NCBI GenBank assembly: GCA_934100165.1
Contig: CAKOPN010000001.1
Coordinates: 30,279-94,278, forward strand
Direction of reading: 5' to 3'
Source of the DNA: an uncultured Bacilli bacterium
Lineage (GTDB): Bacteria > Bacillota_I > Bacilli_A > RF39 > UBA660
DNA: 64,000 nt
Under the pieces are notes generated by a model. That model saw only the letters and a list, made by a program, of their open reading frames with translations. It ran no database searches and was not told where the DNA came from. Position numbers and translations under genes: made by a program. Shown piece by piece: positions 25,191 through 33,189 of the stretch. The stretch's first letter is position 1. Each line of letters begins with the position of its first letter.

Positions 25191-26003
25191 CTATTTGGTT
25201 ATTTCATCATATAATTGTTCAAGAATAATAGCTACTCCATCTTTTTCATTTGATAGAGTAACAACATTGGCAACTACTTTAAGTTTATCAGTTGCATTAG
25301 CCATAGCCACTTTTACTTTTACAAAATTCAAAAGTTCAATATCATTATCAGAATCACCAACAGCCATAGTTTTAGTATAATCAATATTAAAATAATCACA
25401 CAAATACCTTGCTGCTACACCTTTTGATACATCAGAATTAGTAATATCATAAAAAAGTAAGCCAGATGGATTAGTAATATTTTTTGATTTATTTATTATT
25501 CTAAGTTCACCGTTAGCACTTAAATCTCTTCTAAATAACTTCATGTTATTTAAAGAAGATGACTCTATAATGACCTGTGAAATTTTCAAAGAGTTAAGAC
25601 TAATCAAATCTTTTTGATAAATTAAGCCAGTATCTTCTTCAAGTTTATTTGTATAACACTTATTAAATACATTAGCAGTAAAGAAAAGATTATACTTTTT
25701 AACAAGTTCACTTAAAAACATTATATTAACAGAAGAAATAGCATTATTATATATAACTTCGTTTGTGTTAACATTATATATTTCTGCTCCATTTGATGAT
25801 ATAACATATCCACCAGACAAAAATTGTTTGTTAATCAAAGCAGTATGGCTAAGACTTCTTCCCGTTGTGAAAATAATCTTAATACCTTTTTCCTCTAATT
25901 TCTTAAGTATTTTTCTACAACGTTCACTTACTTTTTTCTCATTATTTCTAAGTGTTCCATCCAAATCTAAAAAAATTATTTTTACATCTTTCATCTTCTT
26001 CAC
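25191..26003 (-). CDS. Cof-type HAD-IIB family phosphatase
   Basis: DLDGTL motif I, HAD motifs II-IV (GDSDND). Confidence 0.8.
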   Translation of the reverse strand: MKKMKDVKIIFLDLDGTLRNNEKKVSERCRKILKKLEEKGIKIIFTTGRSLSHTALINKQFLSGGYVISSNGAEIYNVNTNEVIYNNAISSVNIMFLSELVKKYNLFFTANVFNKCYTNKLEEDTGLIYQKDLISLNSLKISQVIIESSSLNNMKLFRRDLSANGELRIINKSKNITNPSGLLFYDITNSDVSKGVAARYLCDYFNIDYTKTMAVGDSDNDIELLNFVKVKVAMANATDKLKVVANVVTLSNEKDGVAIILEQLYDEITK

Positions 26004-26091
26004 CTAGCCTATCTACAAATAATATAATACAATAAATAGTAAAAATAGTAAACCAAAAGTATATTAGGATAAGTAAAGCAAAGTAAAATTT

Positions 26092-26664
26092 TTATTTAAT
26101 TTTAGAAAGTTTCATACAATGTTCATCATCTGCAAAATCATATTTACTAGAGTTCAGTATTGGAATAGATAAACCTTTACTATCAAGTTTTTCTCTAATC
26201 ATGCCAACTTCTTTTTTAGCAGATTTTTCATCTTTAGAAGTAAATGGGTATCCAATTGCTACAAATTTATCAGTAGGTATTGCATGTCTTGTTTGCACTT
26301 CATCAATGCAGTCAGAATATCTAGCAGGATTATCATCTGATATTATTTTTCTGCTTATTTCGTTATACAGTTCATCATAAGGAATAAAATCGGTATATGT
26401 TATATTATCTAAGTCGCCATCTATAACAATGCAAAGGCTACCAACTATTATTTCATCATATGATGATCTAAAATCAAAATAATGTACAGGTGGAATCAAT
26501 ACTTTTTGTGATAAGGAAATCCATTCGTTGCCGTTAAAAACATTACCATGATCACAAAAAGTGGTGTTAATCATAACTCTTGGCATGATATAGCCACTAT
26601 CTACAATTTTAAATAATGTATCTATATTTAAATTTTTAACTCTATGATAAAAGTATGGTTCCAT
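26092..26664 (-). CDS. Hypothetical protein (190 aa)
   Basis: ORF with no recognisable motif. Co-oriented 3 nt downstream of the 236-aa ORF. Confidence 0.4.
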   Translation of the reverse strand: MEPYFYHRVKNLNIDTLFKIVDSGYIMPRVMINTTFCDHGNVFNGNEWISLSQKVLIPPVHYFDFRSSYDEIIVGSLCIVIDGDLDNITYTDFIPYDELYNEISRKIISDDNPARYSDCIDEVQTRHAIPTDKFVAIGYPFTSKDEKSAKKEVGMIREKLDSKGLSIPILNSSKYDFADDEHCMKLSKIK

Positions 26665-26667
26665 ATA

Positions 26668-27378
26668 TTACATTTTTTTCAGTGTATAAACATATGGTCT
26701 ATCAGATGAAACATCATAATCCAAAAGAACACCATTTGTTATACTATTAACCCTTTCTAACATATAATCAGTATCATATATTTTCGTTCTTATATTTAAA
26801 TTTTGTACCTTACTGCCTGTGTAATATGCAGTGATTACAAAAGTAGAATCAGTAACTGAAGCTGTCTTTGAAGCACTTAAATACTCATCAGTACTATTCT
26901 CCTCATCTAAAGAAACATTACCATCAGTGAAAAGTCTAGATTCAGCAGTTTTAGTTCCAGCAAATTCATAATCAAGTTCATACTCATCATCTGGATTAGC
27001 AATATCAACGCTAGCTAGATTATTAGTTTCTTCATACAGTTCACTAGCAAATTCACATGCAATAAGTATTTTATCAAAAGAACTCGCTAATTTCTTATTT
27101 TTTTCAAAAATTCTCTTTCTTTTTCTTTTAGGTACAGAAAAATGAATTTCACCTTCCTCATCCACAGCCTTTACATATTCGTTTTCTGTAAGCATAGTAA
27201 TAGGCATAGTCTGTGATTCTGTCTGAAAATGATATTCACTAAAAATATTACTAATTGCTTCAATGTACATCATAAAATCTTCTACAGTAATAGAAAACTC
27301 ATCATGATCATTTAAAACAGAATATATAGTATCAACCAAGTCTTTTTCTTTAATAATCATAAAATCCCCCATCATCAA
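26668..27378 (-). CDS. Hypothetical acidic protein (236 aa)
   Basis: ORF. Acidic and Ser/Thr-rich central region. No recognisable motif. Confidence 0.4.
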   Translation of the reverse strand: MMMGDFMIIKEKDLVDTIYSVLNDHDEFSITVEDFMMYIEAISNIFSEYHFQTESQTMPITMLTENEYVKAVDEEGEIHFSVPKRKRKRIFEKNKKLASSFDKILIACEFASELYEETNNLASVDIANPDDEYELDYEFAGTKTAESRLFTDGNVSLDEENSTDEYLSASKTASVTDSTFVITAYYTGSKVQNLNIRTKIYDTDYMLERVNSITNGVLLDYDVSSDRPYVYTLKKM

Positions 27379-27522
27379 ATGAATGCTTTATATAATACTA
27401 TTTTTTTTACTTTTTTTCAAGAGACATTAAAAGGAGTATTGCTACTCCTAAAAAATAAAATATTAACTAATAATGTAAAATTTCTCCATTTAATTTTAAC
27501 ATATATATTTCCATTATTATTT

Positions 27523-28611
27523 TTATCTTTTTAATGATTTTATATGACCTTCAATTTTCCTTTTATCTTCAGCAGATAGTGAAGATACCTCGTAAATCTT
27601 AGGATAATATTCACTATTATCTGGAACAAAACCTCTTCTAACGGCATCATCAAATAAAAGATGTTGTGTTGTACAACAGTAGTAAAGTTTATCATCAATA
27701 ACGGTGCCTAGCCAGCAGTGTGGACCCAAGGCTGACATTCCACACAAAGTAATAGCATCGATTTTCATATCCCAATTATTTGTCAAAATCCTAAATAATC
27801 TTGCTTGCCCTTCACAAACGCCTCTTCTTCTTATATAAGTTCCATACGGTTTTGACTTCCAATTTTCTTCTGAACGTAATAAATGTTGTTGTCCATCATT
27901 GCCATAAAAAGCTTGCTCATCAGCAAATTTTATATTTAATTTATCTCTGTCAAGAATAAAGTGATATGTTAGCCACACTTTGTCAAAATCTGTTAGTTTA
28001 TCAACATCATAATGTCTTTCTAAGCCATCAACATAATGTCTTACCACATGTTTCAATCTATTTGTATCCTCAAGTACATTTGGATCTACTCTATCTTTTA
28101 TCTTATTCAAAACATAATCACTTTGCCATAAAAGCTTTTCCTCTGATAATAATATTTTTCCCCTTGCTCTTTCTAATCTCAAATCTTTAATCTCTGTTGG
28201 ATATCTATCTACTGTCATTTCTAAAAAAGAGACATCATCATGTTTCCAGTTTATTCTATCCATTATAGTATTATATAAAGGAAATGTTGATTCCGATAAT
28301 TTAAAATTTATTTTTTTTAAATTTAATTTTTGAAGACTTTTCAAAAAGTTTAACCTTAAAGCTACATCATTATCACATGTTATTATGTCTTCATCATAAA
28401 TTACACATTCAATCGGCAAAGTGATATCTATATCTTTCATCTCATCTAAATATTTTGCAAAATTATCAAAAGATATAGCAAAAAATAATTGTTTTCTTCC
28501 TGGAAGTGATGGTGTGGTAGCATTCTGTATCTTATTTCTTCTAGCTGGAAGTGGTGTGGCAACTCGCATATCTAGAACATTTTTCCTTATTACATTATCA
28601 TATTTATCCAT
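27523..28611 (-). CDS. Protein with a C-terminal transglutaminase-like cysteine-protease core. Start at MDKYDNV (ATG 28611, RBS aaagggag)
   Basis: GVCEGQARLF ... HCWLG ... D arrangement corresponds to the Cys-His-Asp transglutaminase-like core. Its own terminator hairpin is at about 27430-27457. Confidence 0.55.
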   Translation of the reverse strand: MDKYDNVIRKNVLDMRVATPLPARRNKIQNATTPSLPGRKQLFFAISFDNFAKYLDEMKDIDITLPIECVIYDEDIITCDNDVALRLNFLKSLQKLNLKKINFKLSESTFPLYNTIMDRINWKHDDVSFLEMTVDRYPTEIKDLRLERARGKILLSEEKLLWQSDYVLNKIKDRVDPNVLEDTNRLKHVVRHYVDGLERHYDVDKLTDFDKVWLTYHFILDRDKLNIKFADEQAFYGNDGQQHLLRSEENWKSKPYGTYIRRRGVCEGQARLFRILTNNWDMKIDAITLCGMSALGPHCWLGTVIDDKLYYCCTTQHLLFDDAVRRGFVPDNSEYYPKIYEVSSLSAEDKRKIEGHIKSLKR

Positions 28612-28787
28612 ATTATCTCCCTTTTTATTATACAACAAAACTTATAGCAACTATTGTTGAATCATCAGCGCAAAAAACATAGGCAGATTATAGCATATTT
28701 AAGGGAAAAAGTCAATTTATATCTATATAATTCATAGTTTTGAATTTAAATAAAAGGAGTATATTACTACTCCTTGAAATATGCTAA

Positions 28788-29336
28788 TTAGCATTCTAAA
28801 TTTTTACAAAATTTATTGCCTTCTTCTATAGCTAATCGCAATGCTTCTTCTTCTGTAGTGGCACTTATACATTTCAAACGCCTACGTTCATCAATAAACT
28901 CATTGGCTAATTTTCCAGCCCATCCTCCAAACTTATCAATAACTATTATAGGAATTCCAGCCTGATATGCAATTGCCATTTCAGTTAATGTGCCAGATCC
29001 TCCAGATATAGCAATAATTACATCACAAGATAAAACCAGATTAAACTCTCTTCCACCACCAATTTCTAGGCCAGAATTTATAAGTACGGTTGGTCTATAG
29101 CTACCAAATATTTCTTTACTTTTCCCTCCTGCAACACCAACAGTAATGCCATCGTTTTTACTTGCTTCCTTTGCAGCCTCAGTAGATAACGATGTATATT
29201 CTTTTTCTGCTCCATACACAAGTATATTTCCTGATTTAGCAATAAGTTCTCCAAGTTTTTTTGCAAAATTTAAAGCGTCATCGCTAAATTCTAAATCAGC
29301 AGCAGAACCCATTATTCCTATTTGCAAATTTCTCAT
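28788..29336 (-). CDS. SLOG/LOG-family (TIGR00725-like) Rossmann-fold protein
   Basis: IGIMGSA N-terminus, GVAGG and ISGGSGTLTE motifs (LOG-family PGGxGTxxE-like). Terminator hairpin at about 28753-28776. Confidence 0.6.
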   Translation of the reverse strand: MRNLQIGIMGSAADLEFSDDALNFAKKLGELIAKSGNILVYGAEKEYTSLSTEAAKEASKNDGITVGVAGGKSKEIFGSYRPTVLINSGLEIGGGREFNLVLSCDVIIAISGGSGTLTEMAIAYQAGIPIIVIDKFGGWAGKLANEFIDERRRLKCISATTEEEALRLAIEEGNKFCKNLEC

Positions 29337-30010
29337 ATTTTTCTTAACTCCTTTCTAAGTGTTTTAACAACTTCTTCTTGTGGTTCTGTATTAACTATTT
29401 TTTCTGGTAAATCTAAGATTCTAGTATTTTCCTTCTTCAGTTTGTCAATTTCATTCCATAAATATATGCTTCTTTCAAGACACCCTTTAGAAAAATCATT
29501 AACATAATCGCTAGGTATAGATGCCCTTTCACAAGGATTACCATAAGGGATAAAATAAGGTGCCTTGCACAATCCATTATCAGTATTTATCATAATTCCC
29601 GAACCAGCAATGCCAAAATAGAAGTCTCTTTCGCATATTTGATCAATTACATTATCATCCATTAGATAATTAGTTTTTACTCCATATTTCAAATTATTAT
29701 TAAAATACTCATACGCAGTATTTGTGCATATAGACGATACGACACCTACAACTTTAACTCCCTGATCATTAAGTTTACTAATAATTTTTCTTAATACACT
29801 GCCTGAAAAAATAACATCATCTGCCAAAATTACTTTCTTGCCTCTTAAACTTTGAGATAATCTTAAAACCTGCTGATCCAAATTTTCATTTTTTCTTGAT
29901 ACAATTTCATTCGTACCACTTATTCTTGTACAATCTAAGAAAAAAATGTTGACTTCATCTGGTGATACATATATCTTATCCAAAGTAACAATGGGGATAT
30001 TCACCACCAA
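29333..30010 (-). CDS. Type I phosphoribosyltransferase-domain protein. Start uncertain: no ATG in the first 60 codons, and the track start is a TTG
   Basis: PRPP-binding motif VILADDVIFSGSVLRKI. 4-nt overlap (ATGA type) with the downstream SLOG gene. Confidence 0.55.
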   Translation of the reverse strand: MVVNIPIVTLDKIYVSPDEVNIFFLDCTRISGTNEIVSRKNENLDQQVLRLSQSLRGKKVILADDVIFSGSVLRKIISKLNDQGVKVVGVVSSICTNTAYEYFNNNLKYGVKTNYLMDDNVIDQICERDFYFGIAGSGIMINTDNGLCKAPYFIPYGNPCERASIPSDYVNDFSKGCLERSIYLWNEIDKLKKENTRILDLPEKIVNTEPQEEVVKTLRKELRKI

Positions 30011-30221
30011 TTAAATCATTGACTAACATCATTTCATCTTCAGAAATTATTGTTATTTTATTATCAAATATTTTGCTAACACTCCTTTTAAAATCATCTC
30101 TTACACTAGTAATTACACTATCACTTGGTACTGCTTCATATTCATAATCAAAAGCATTTACCCCATTTAAAATTCTTTTTATATCATCGCTAAAAACGAT
30201 GCCTTCTTTTATTTTTTTCAT
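29976..30221 (-). CDS. Small hypothetical protein (81 aa from the ATG at 30221; RBS gaaggag). Overlaps the PRTase ORF by about 35 nt in another frame
   Basis: Strong RBS, ATG start. Possibly the N-terminal part of a frameshifted PRTase fusion. Confidence 0.4.
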   Translation of the reverse strand: MKKIKEGIVFSDDIKRILNGVNAFDYEYEAVPSDSVITSVRDDFKRSVSKIFDNKITIISEDEMMLVNDLIGGEYPHCYFG

Positions 30222-30257
30222 AATACTCTCCTTCAATCAAATTTATAAAACATAAAC

Positions 30258-30470
30258 AAAAAAGCTATACAAGTAGTACTCGTATAGCATAATAAACATT
30301 TATATACTAGATACAAGCACTACAAATAGCACTTGTACCTACAGCAAATTTAATGCCGTATTAACAAGTGCAAATTATTATGATGATGAAATTGTTTTAA
30401 TATTAGTTTAAACATAATAATTGCCTCCTTAAACAAGAAAATAATAACACATTACATAAAAAGATGTCAA
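30258..30470 (-). promoter_or_regulatory. Promoter (-35 TTGACA, TGn-TATTAT) followed by a 21-codon leader ORF (MFKLILKQFHHHNNLHLLIRH, 30415..30350), alternative hairpins and an intrinsic terminator (30258-30288)
   Basis: All elements were read directly from the minus strand. RBS AAGGAGG is 8 nt before the leader ATG. Three consecutive CAT codons. Terminator stem GCTATACGAGTACTACTTGTATAGC plus U6. Confidence 0.45.
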
Positions 30471-30488
30471 ATAATATCACAACCTATA

Positions 30489-31268
30489 TTATTTAATTTT
30501 TCTAATTTTCTTTAAAACTGGACCTTTTTGTTTATGAATTTCACAAGAATCATCTTTAGTTTCACACGTTAGATCTTGCTTATCATTTTTGTCTTCTTCA
30601 TCTTTTGTGTTCAAACTTTCTTCATCATTATGTGTAAAAACATCTTCAGCTGATTCAGAATCATATGTATATTTTACATCTTTATCATCTAAGTTTTTAA
30701 TAAATTCAAAAGCAGACTCTACTGCATCCAAATAAGCATTTAAAACACTTTCTTTTTGTTCATCATAAGAAAGTTTTGAGGCTGGTCCTGAAACTTCCAA
30801 AACATTTATATCGCCACTTTTTTTATCAAACTCAAAAAAGATTTTACTGCTAATGTCATTCTCATCTTTTATTTCAATAAAATTAGCATTTCTAAGTTTT
30901 ATCATAGTTTTAAAAGGTACTAAAAGAGCATTTAGACCAGTAGGTCTTTTTGCATATTCACTTTTTTCATAATCAGACATTTCATCTAAAGCACCCATAA
31001 CATGTAACTGTGTCAATAAATCATCTCTTCTATCATTATAATCAAGTGTATTTTTCATAACAAACATAATGTTGATTACCGGTGTAAGAAGAAATAAAGT
31101 AGACAAAGACGGTTTAGATTCTCTTCCTTTTCCAAGTCTTTCCAATAATTTTGAGTTATTTACTTTATACCCAGCATCAGCAGCATCTTTATATATCCTA
31201 AGTTCATTACCTATTTCCATAAAAAAGCTAGCAACAACACTGCCAAGCCACATAATCAATATTTTCAT
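30489..31268 (-). CDS. Hypothetical membrane protein (2 TM segments at the N-terminus, acidic C-terminal tail)
   Basis: ORF with hydrophobic segments MKILIMWLGSVVASFF and LSTLFLLTPVINIMFVM. Confidence 0.45.
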   Translation of the reverse strand: MKILIMWLGSVVASFFMEIGNELRIYKDAADAGYKVNNSKLLERLGKGRESKPSLSTLFLLTPVINIMFVMKNTLDYNDRRDDLLTQLHVMGALDEMSDYEKSEYAKRPTGLNALLVPFKTMIKLRNANFIEIKDENDISSKIFFEFDKKSGDINVLEVSGPASKLSYDEQKESVLNAYLDAVESAFEFIKNLDDKDVKYTYDSESAEDVFTHNDEESLNTKDEEDKNDKQDLTCETKDDSCEIHKQKGPVLKKIRKIK

Positions 31269-31287
31269 ACAAAACCTCCTAAAAATA

Positions 31288-31857
31288 CTATAAATTATTA
31301 ACTATAGTATCAAATACATTTTCTCTATCAAAAGATGTATCATAACTTTCTATATTATAAAAATTGAATTTTTCATTAAAATATATGTTTCTTTCAATAA
31401 AATATCTTGCATTGCCTAAAAGTTCTTCATCATCGCACCAATAAGTCCAATCATCTTCAGTATCATACTTCTTCATATTTTCATATAATTGATTGGCAGA
31501 TATATGATTATATGTTAATCCAATAATCTTATATTTATCACGATATTTTTCGCTTCGTAAAAATGGCATAATTTGTTCAAAATCAATATGTGTTCCTTCT
31601 ATCACTGAATATACACCATCATAGAAAGTGTTTCCTTCTGACAACTCAGTCAAAAATTTTATTAAAAATGGAGCTAAATTTTTAGCAGTAATAGAGGCAT
31701 CACCATCATGATGAATCTCTAGTTCAGGATAAGCTTCAAGGCCACTAACTAAATCATCAATACTAATAAGACTGTACCCCTTTTCTTTAGTAATTTTCTT
31801 TGCTAAAGAAGTCTTGCCACTTCTTCCTGCCCCAACAATTAAAATATTTTTCTTCAT
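31288..31857 (-). CDS. Small P-loop NTPase/kinase-like protein
   Basis: Walker A GAGRSGKTS at the N-terminus. About 190 aa, like small nucleoside or antibiotic kinases. Confidence 0.5.
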   Translation of the reverse strand: MKKNILIVGAGRSGKTSLAKKITKEKGYSLISIDDLVSGLEAYPELEIHHDGDASITAKNLAPFLIKFLTELSEGNTFYDGVYSVIEGTHIDFEQIMPFLRSEKYRDKYKIIGLTYNHISANQLYENMKKYDTEDDWTYWCDDEELLGNARYFIERNIYFNEKFNFYNIESYDTSFDRENVFDTIVNNL

Positions 31858-31931
31858 AAAAATTCACCTAGCAATTAACTTGCACTTATTATATATGAAC
31901 ACAGCATTCTTTTCAACATTTTTAACATTTA

Positions 31932-32672
31932 TTATTTTTCAAAGGAATATACTTTTTCAAAAATGCTCTCAAGATTATCTTTTTTAATAGCAACAACCAA
32001 ATTTTTGTTTTTCTGTTTTCCTTCCTGCTTTTCACTCCGTGAAATTCTTAAAATTAAAGATATTTTTAATTGTTCATTTTTTAACGCATTAAGAAAAACA
32101 TTTACATTTTTTAATTGATAACACTCCATTTTGTAATATCTAAAGTATAAATTGTTATCAATCATTTTTTTGCTAGCATAAATAACACAAAGTCTCTTTA
32201 ATTTAATCATAAGTTTATTTTCCAAAGTCTTGAACTCTACAATACCACGTTTTTCAAGTAATTTAAATTTTGAATCATAGATTTTTATATAAATAAATTC
32301 ATTTTTCTCATCAAACACAAGTTGAAAATAATAGTTATTATAAAGTATTTTCTTATTAAAATATAATGAAGTCATAAGAACCTTTTTATCTTTATATTGA
32401 ACATCATATTTACCATATGTATTTAAAATATAATTGCTCTCAAAAATACTCGGGCCATCAAACGACGTAATTGGATAACCACTGAATCTTTGTGTTGTTT
32501 TGATTTCTATTCCTTTGTAATCTGGGAAAAATAAGCTATCAGGCTTCTTTCCTAATAAATCTTCTAATGTTAAACCAGCTGAATTAAGTAAGTTATTGTT
32601 TATTCCTTTGATATAACCTTTACTATTTATTTCTTTAAATTTAGTTACAATATCATCAAATTCTTTATACAT
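31932..32672 (-). CDS. PD-(D/E)xK nuclease of the MutH/Sau3AI/MvaI-BcnI family (orphan, no adjacent methyltransferase)
   Basis: KPDSLFFPDYKGIEIKTT aligns with the MutH active-site block KPEQDFAALGVELKTI (D...ExK). SAGLTLEDLLG aligns with MutH GYTLGELAA. 246 aa. Confidence 0.55.
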   Translation of the reverse strand: MYKEFDDIVTKFKEINSKGYIKGINNNLLNSAGLTLEDLLGKKPDSLFFPDYKGIEIKTTQRFSGYPITSFDGPSIFESNYILNTYGKYDVQYKDKKVLMTSLYFNKKILYNNYYFQLVFDEKNEFIYIKIYDSKFKLLEKRGIVEFKTLENKLMIKLKRLCVIYASKKMIDNNLYFRYYKMECYQLKNVNVFLNALKNEQLKISLILRISRSEKQEGKQKNKNLVVAIKKDNLESIFEKVYSFEK

Positions 32673-32770
32673 TTTTAAAATCCCCCACTAAAAATACTTT
32701 GATGATAACATTTAAATACAAAAAAAGATGTCGTATTTTGCAACAGTTGGTTATATTTGGTGTTTCACTA

Positions 32771-32806
32771 AGTGCGGCTCATAGGTTTGCATAAAAAAAC
32801 TCAAGT
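32771..32806 (-). terminator. Intrinsic terminator downstream of the tRNA genes (hairpin ctcaagtt/aacttgag plus U7 on the minus strand)
   Basis: Inverted repeat with an A7 run on the plus strand immediately 5' of it. Confidence 0.65.
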
Positions 32807-32832
32807 TTAAATAACTTGAGTTTAATATCTAG

Positions 32833-32917
32833 TGGTGCGGGTGACAGGAGTTGAACCTGCAAGCCGTAAGGCGCTAGATCCTAAGTCTAGTGCGTCTGCC
32901 AATTCCGCCACACCCGC
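32833..32917 (-). tRNA. tRNA-Leu (anticodon UAG), type II with long variable arm, CCA encoded
   Basis: Reverse complement reads GCGGGTG...CUAGA-CUUAGGA-UCUAG...CACCCGCACCA. Cloverleaf folds by hand. Confidence 0.85.
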
Positions 32918-32922
32918 GCGAG

Positions 32923-32999
32923 TGGTGGACCCTATAGGACTCGAACCTATGACCGCACGGTTATGAGCCGTATGCTCTAACCAACTGAGCTAAGGGTCC
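32923..32999 (-). tRNA. tRNA with CAU anticodon (elongator Met or lysidine Ile2), CCA encoded
   Basis: GGACCCUUAGCUCAGUUGGUUAGAGC...CUCAUAA...GGUUCGAGUCC...GGGUCCACCA. G1-C72 pair, so not an initiator. Confidence 0.85.
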
Positions 33000-33189
33000 A
33001 TCGACTAGATAATAGTATCATATTTTAAACGAAGGTGCAAGTACTATTTAACTTTTTTTGTATTTTTTGTAAAAAATATATAACATTGATAGGAAATTAA
33101 AGTATTTATATATTAAAATATAATATGTTTAGTTGTTAATTATTATGCAAAATATCTTTTAAATGATATAATTATAACGAGGTGGGAAA

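Noticed and set aside
29976-30010. Treating the 35-nt overlap of the 81-aa ORF and the PRTase ORF as a certain sequencing frameshift
   Set aside because: Cannot be decided from sequence alone. Both separate and fused readings are plausible, so it is reported as a finding rather than annotated as a pseudogene.
31932-32672. Calling the MutH-like ORF a functional mismatch-repair MutH
   Set aside because: The MutL in this window carries the DQHA(X)2E(X)4E endonuclease motif, and no Dam methylase is present. A methyl-directed MutH pathway is therefore unlikely, so the ORF is treated as an orphan nuclease.
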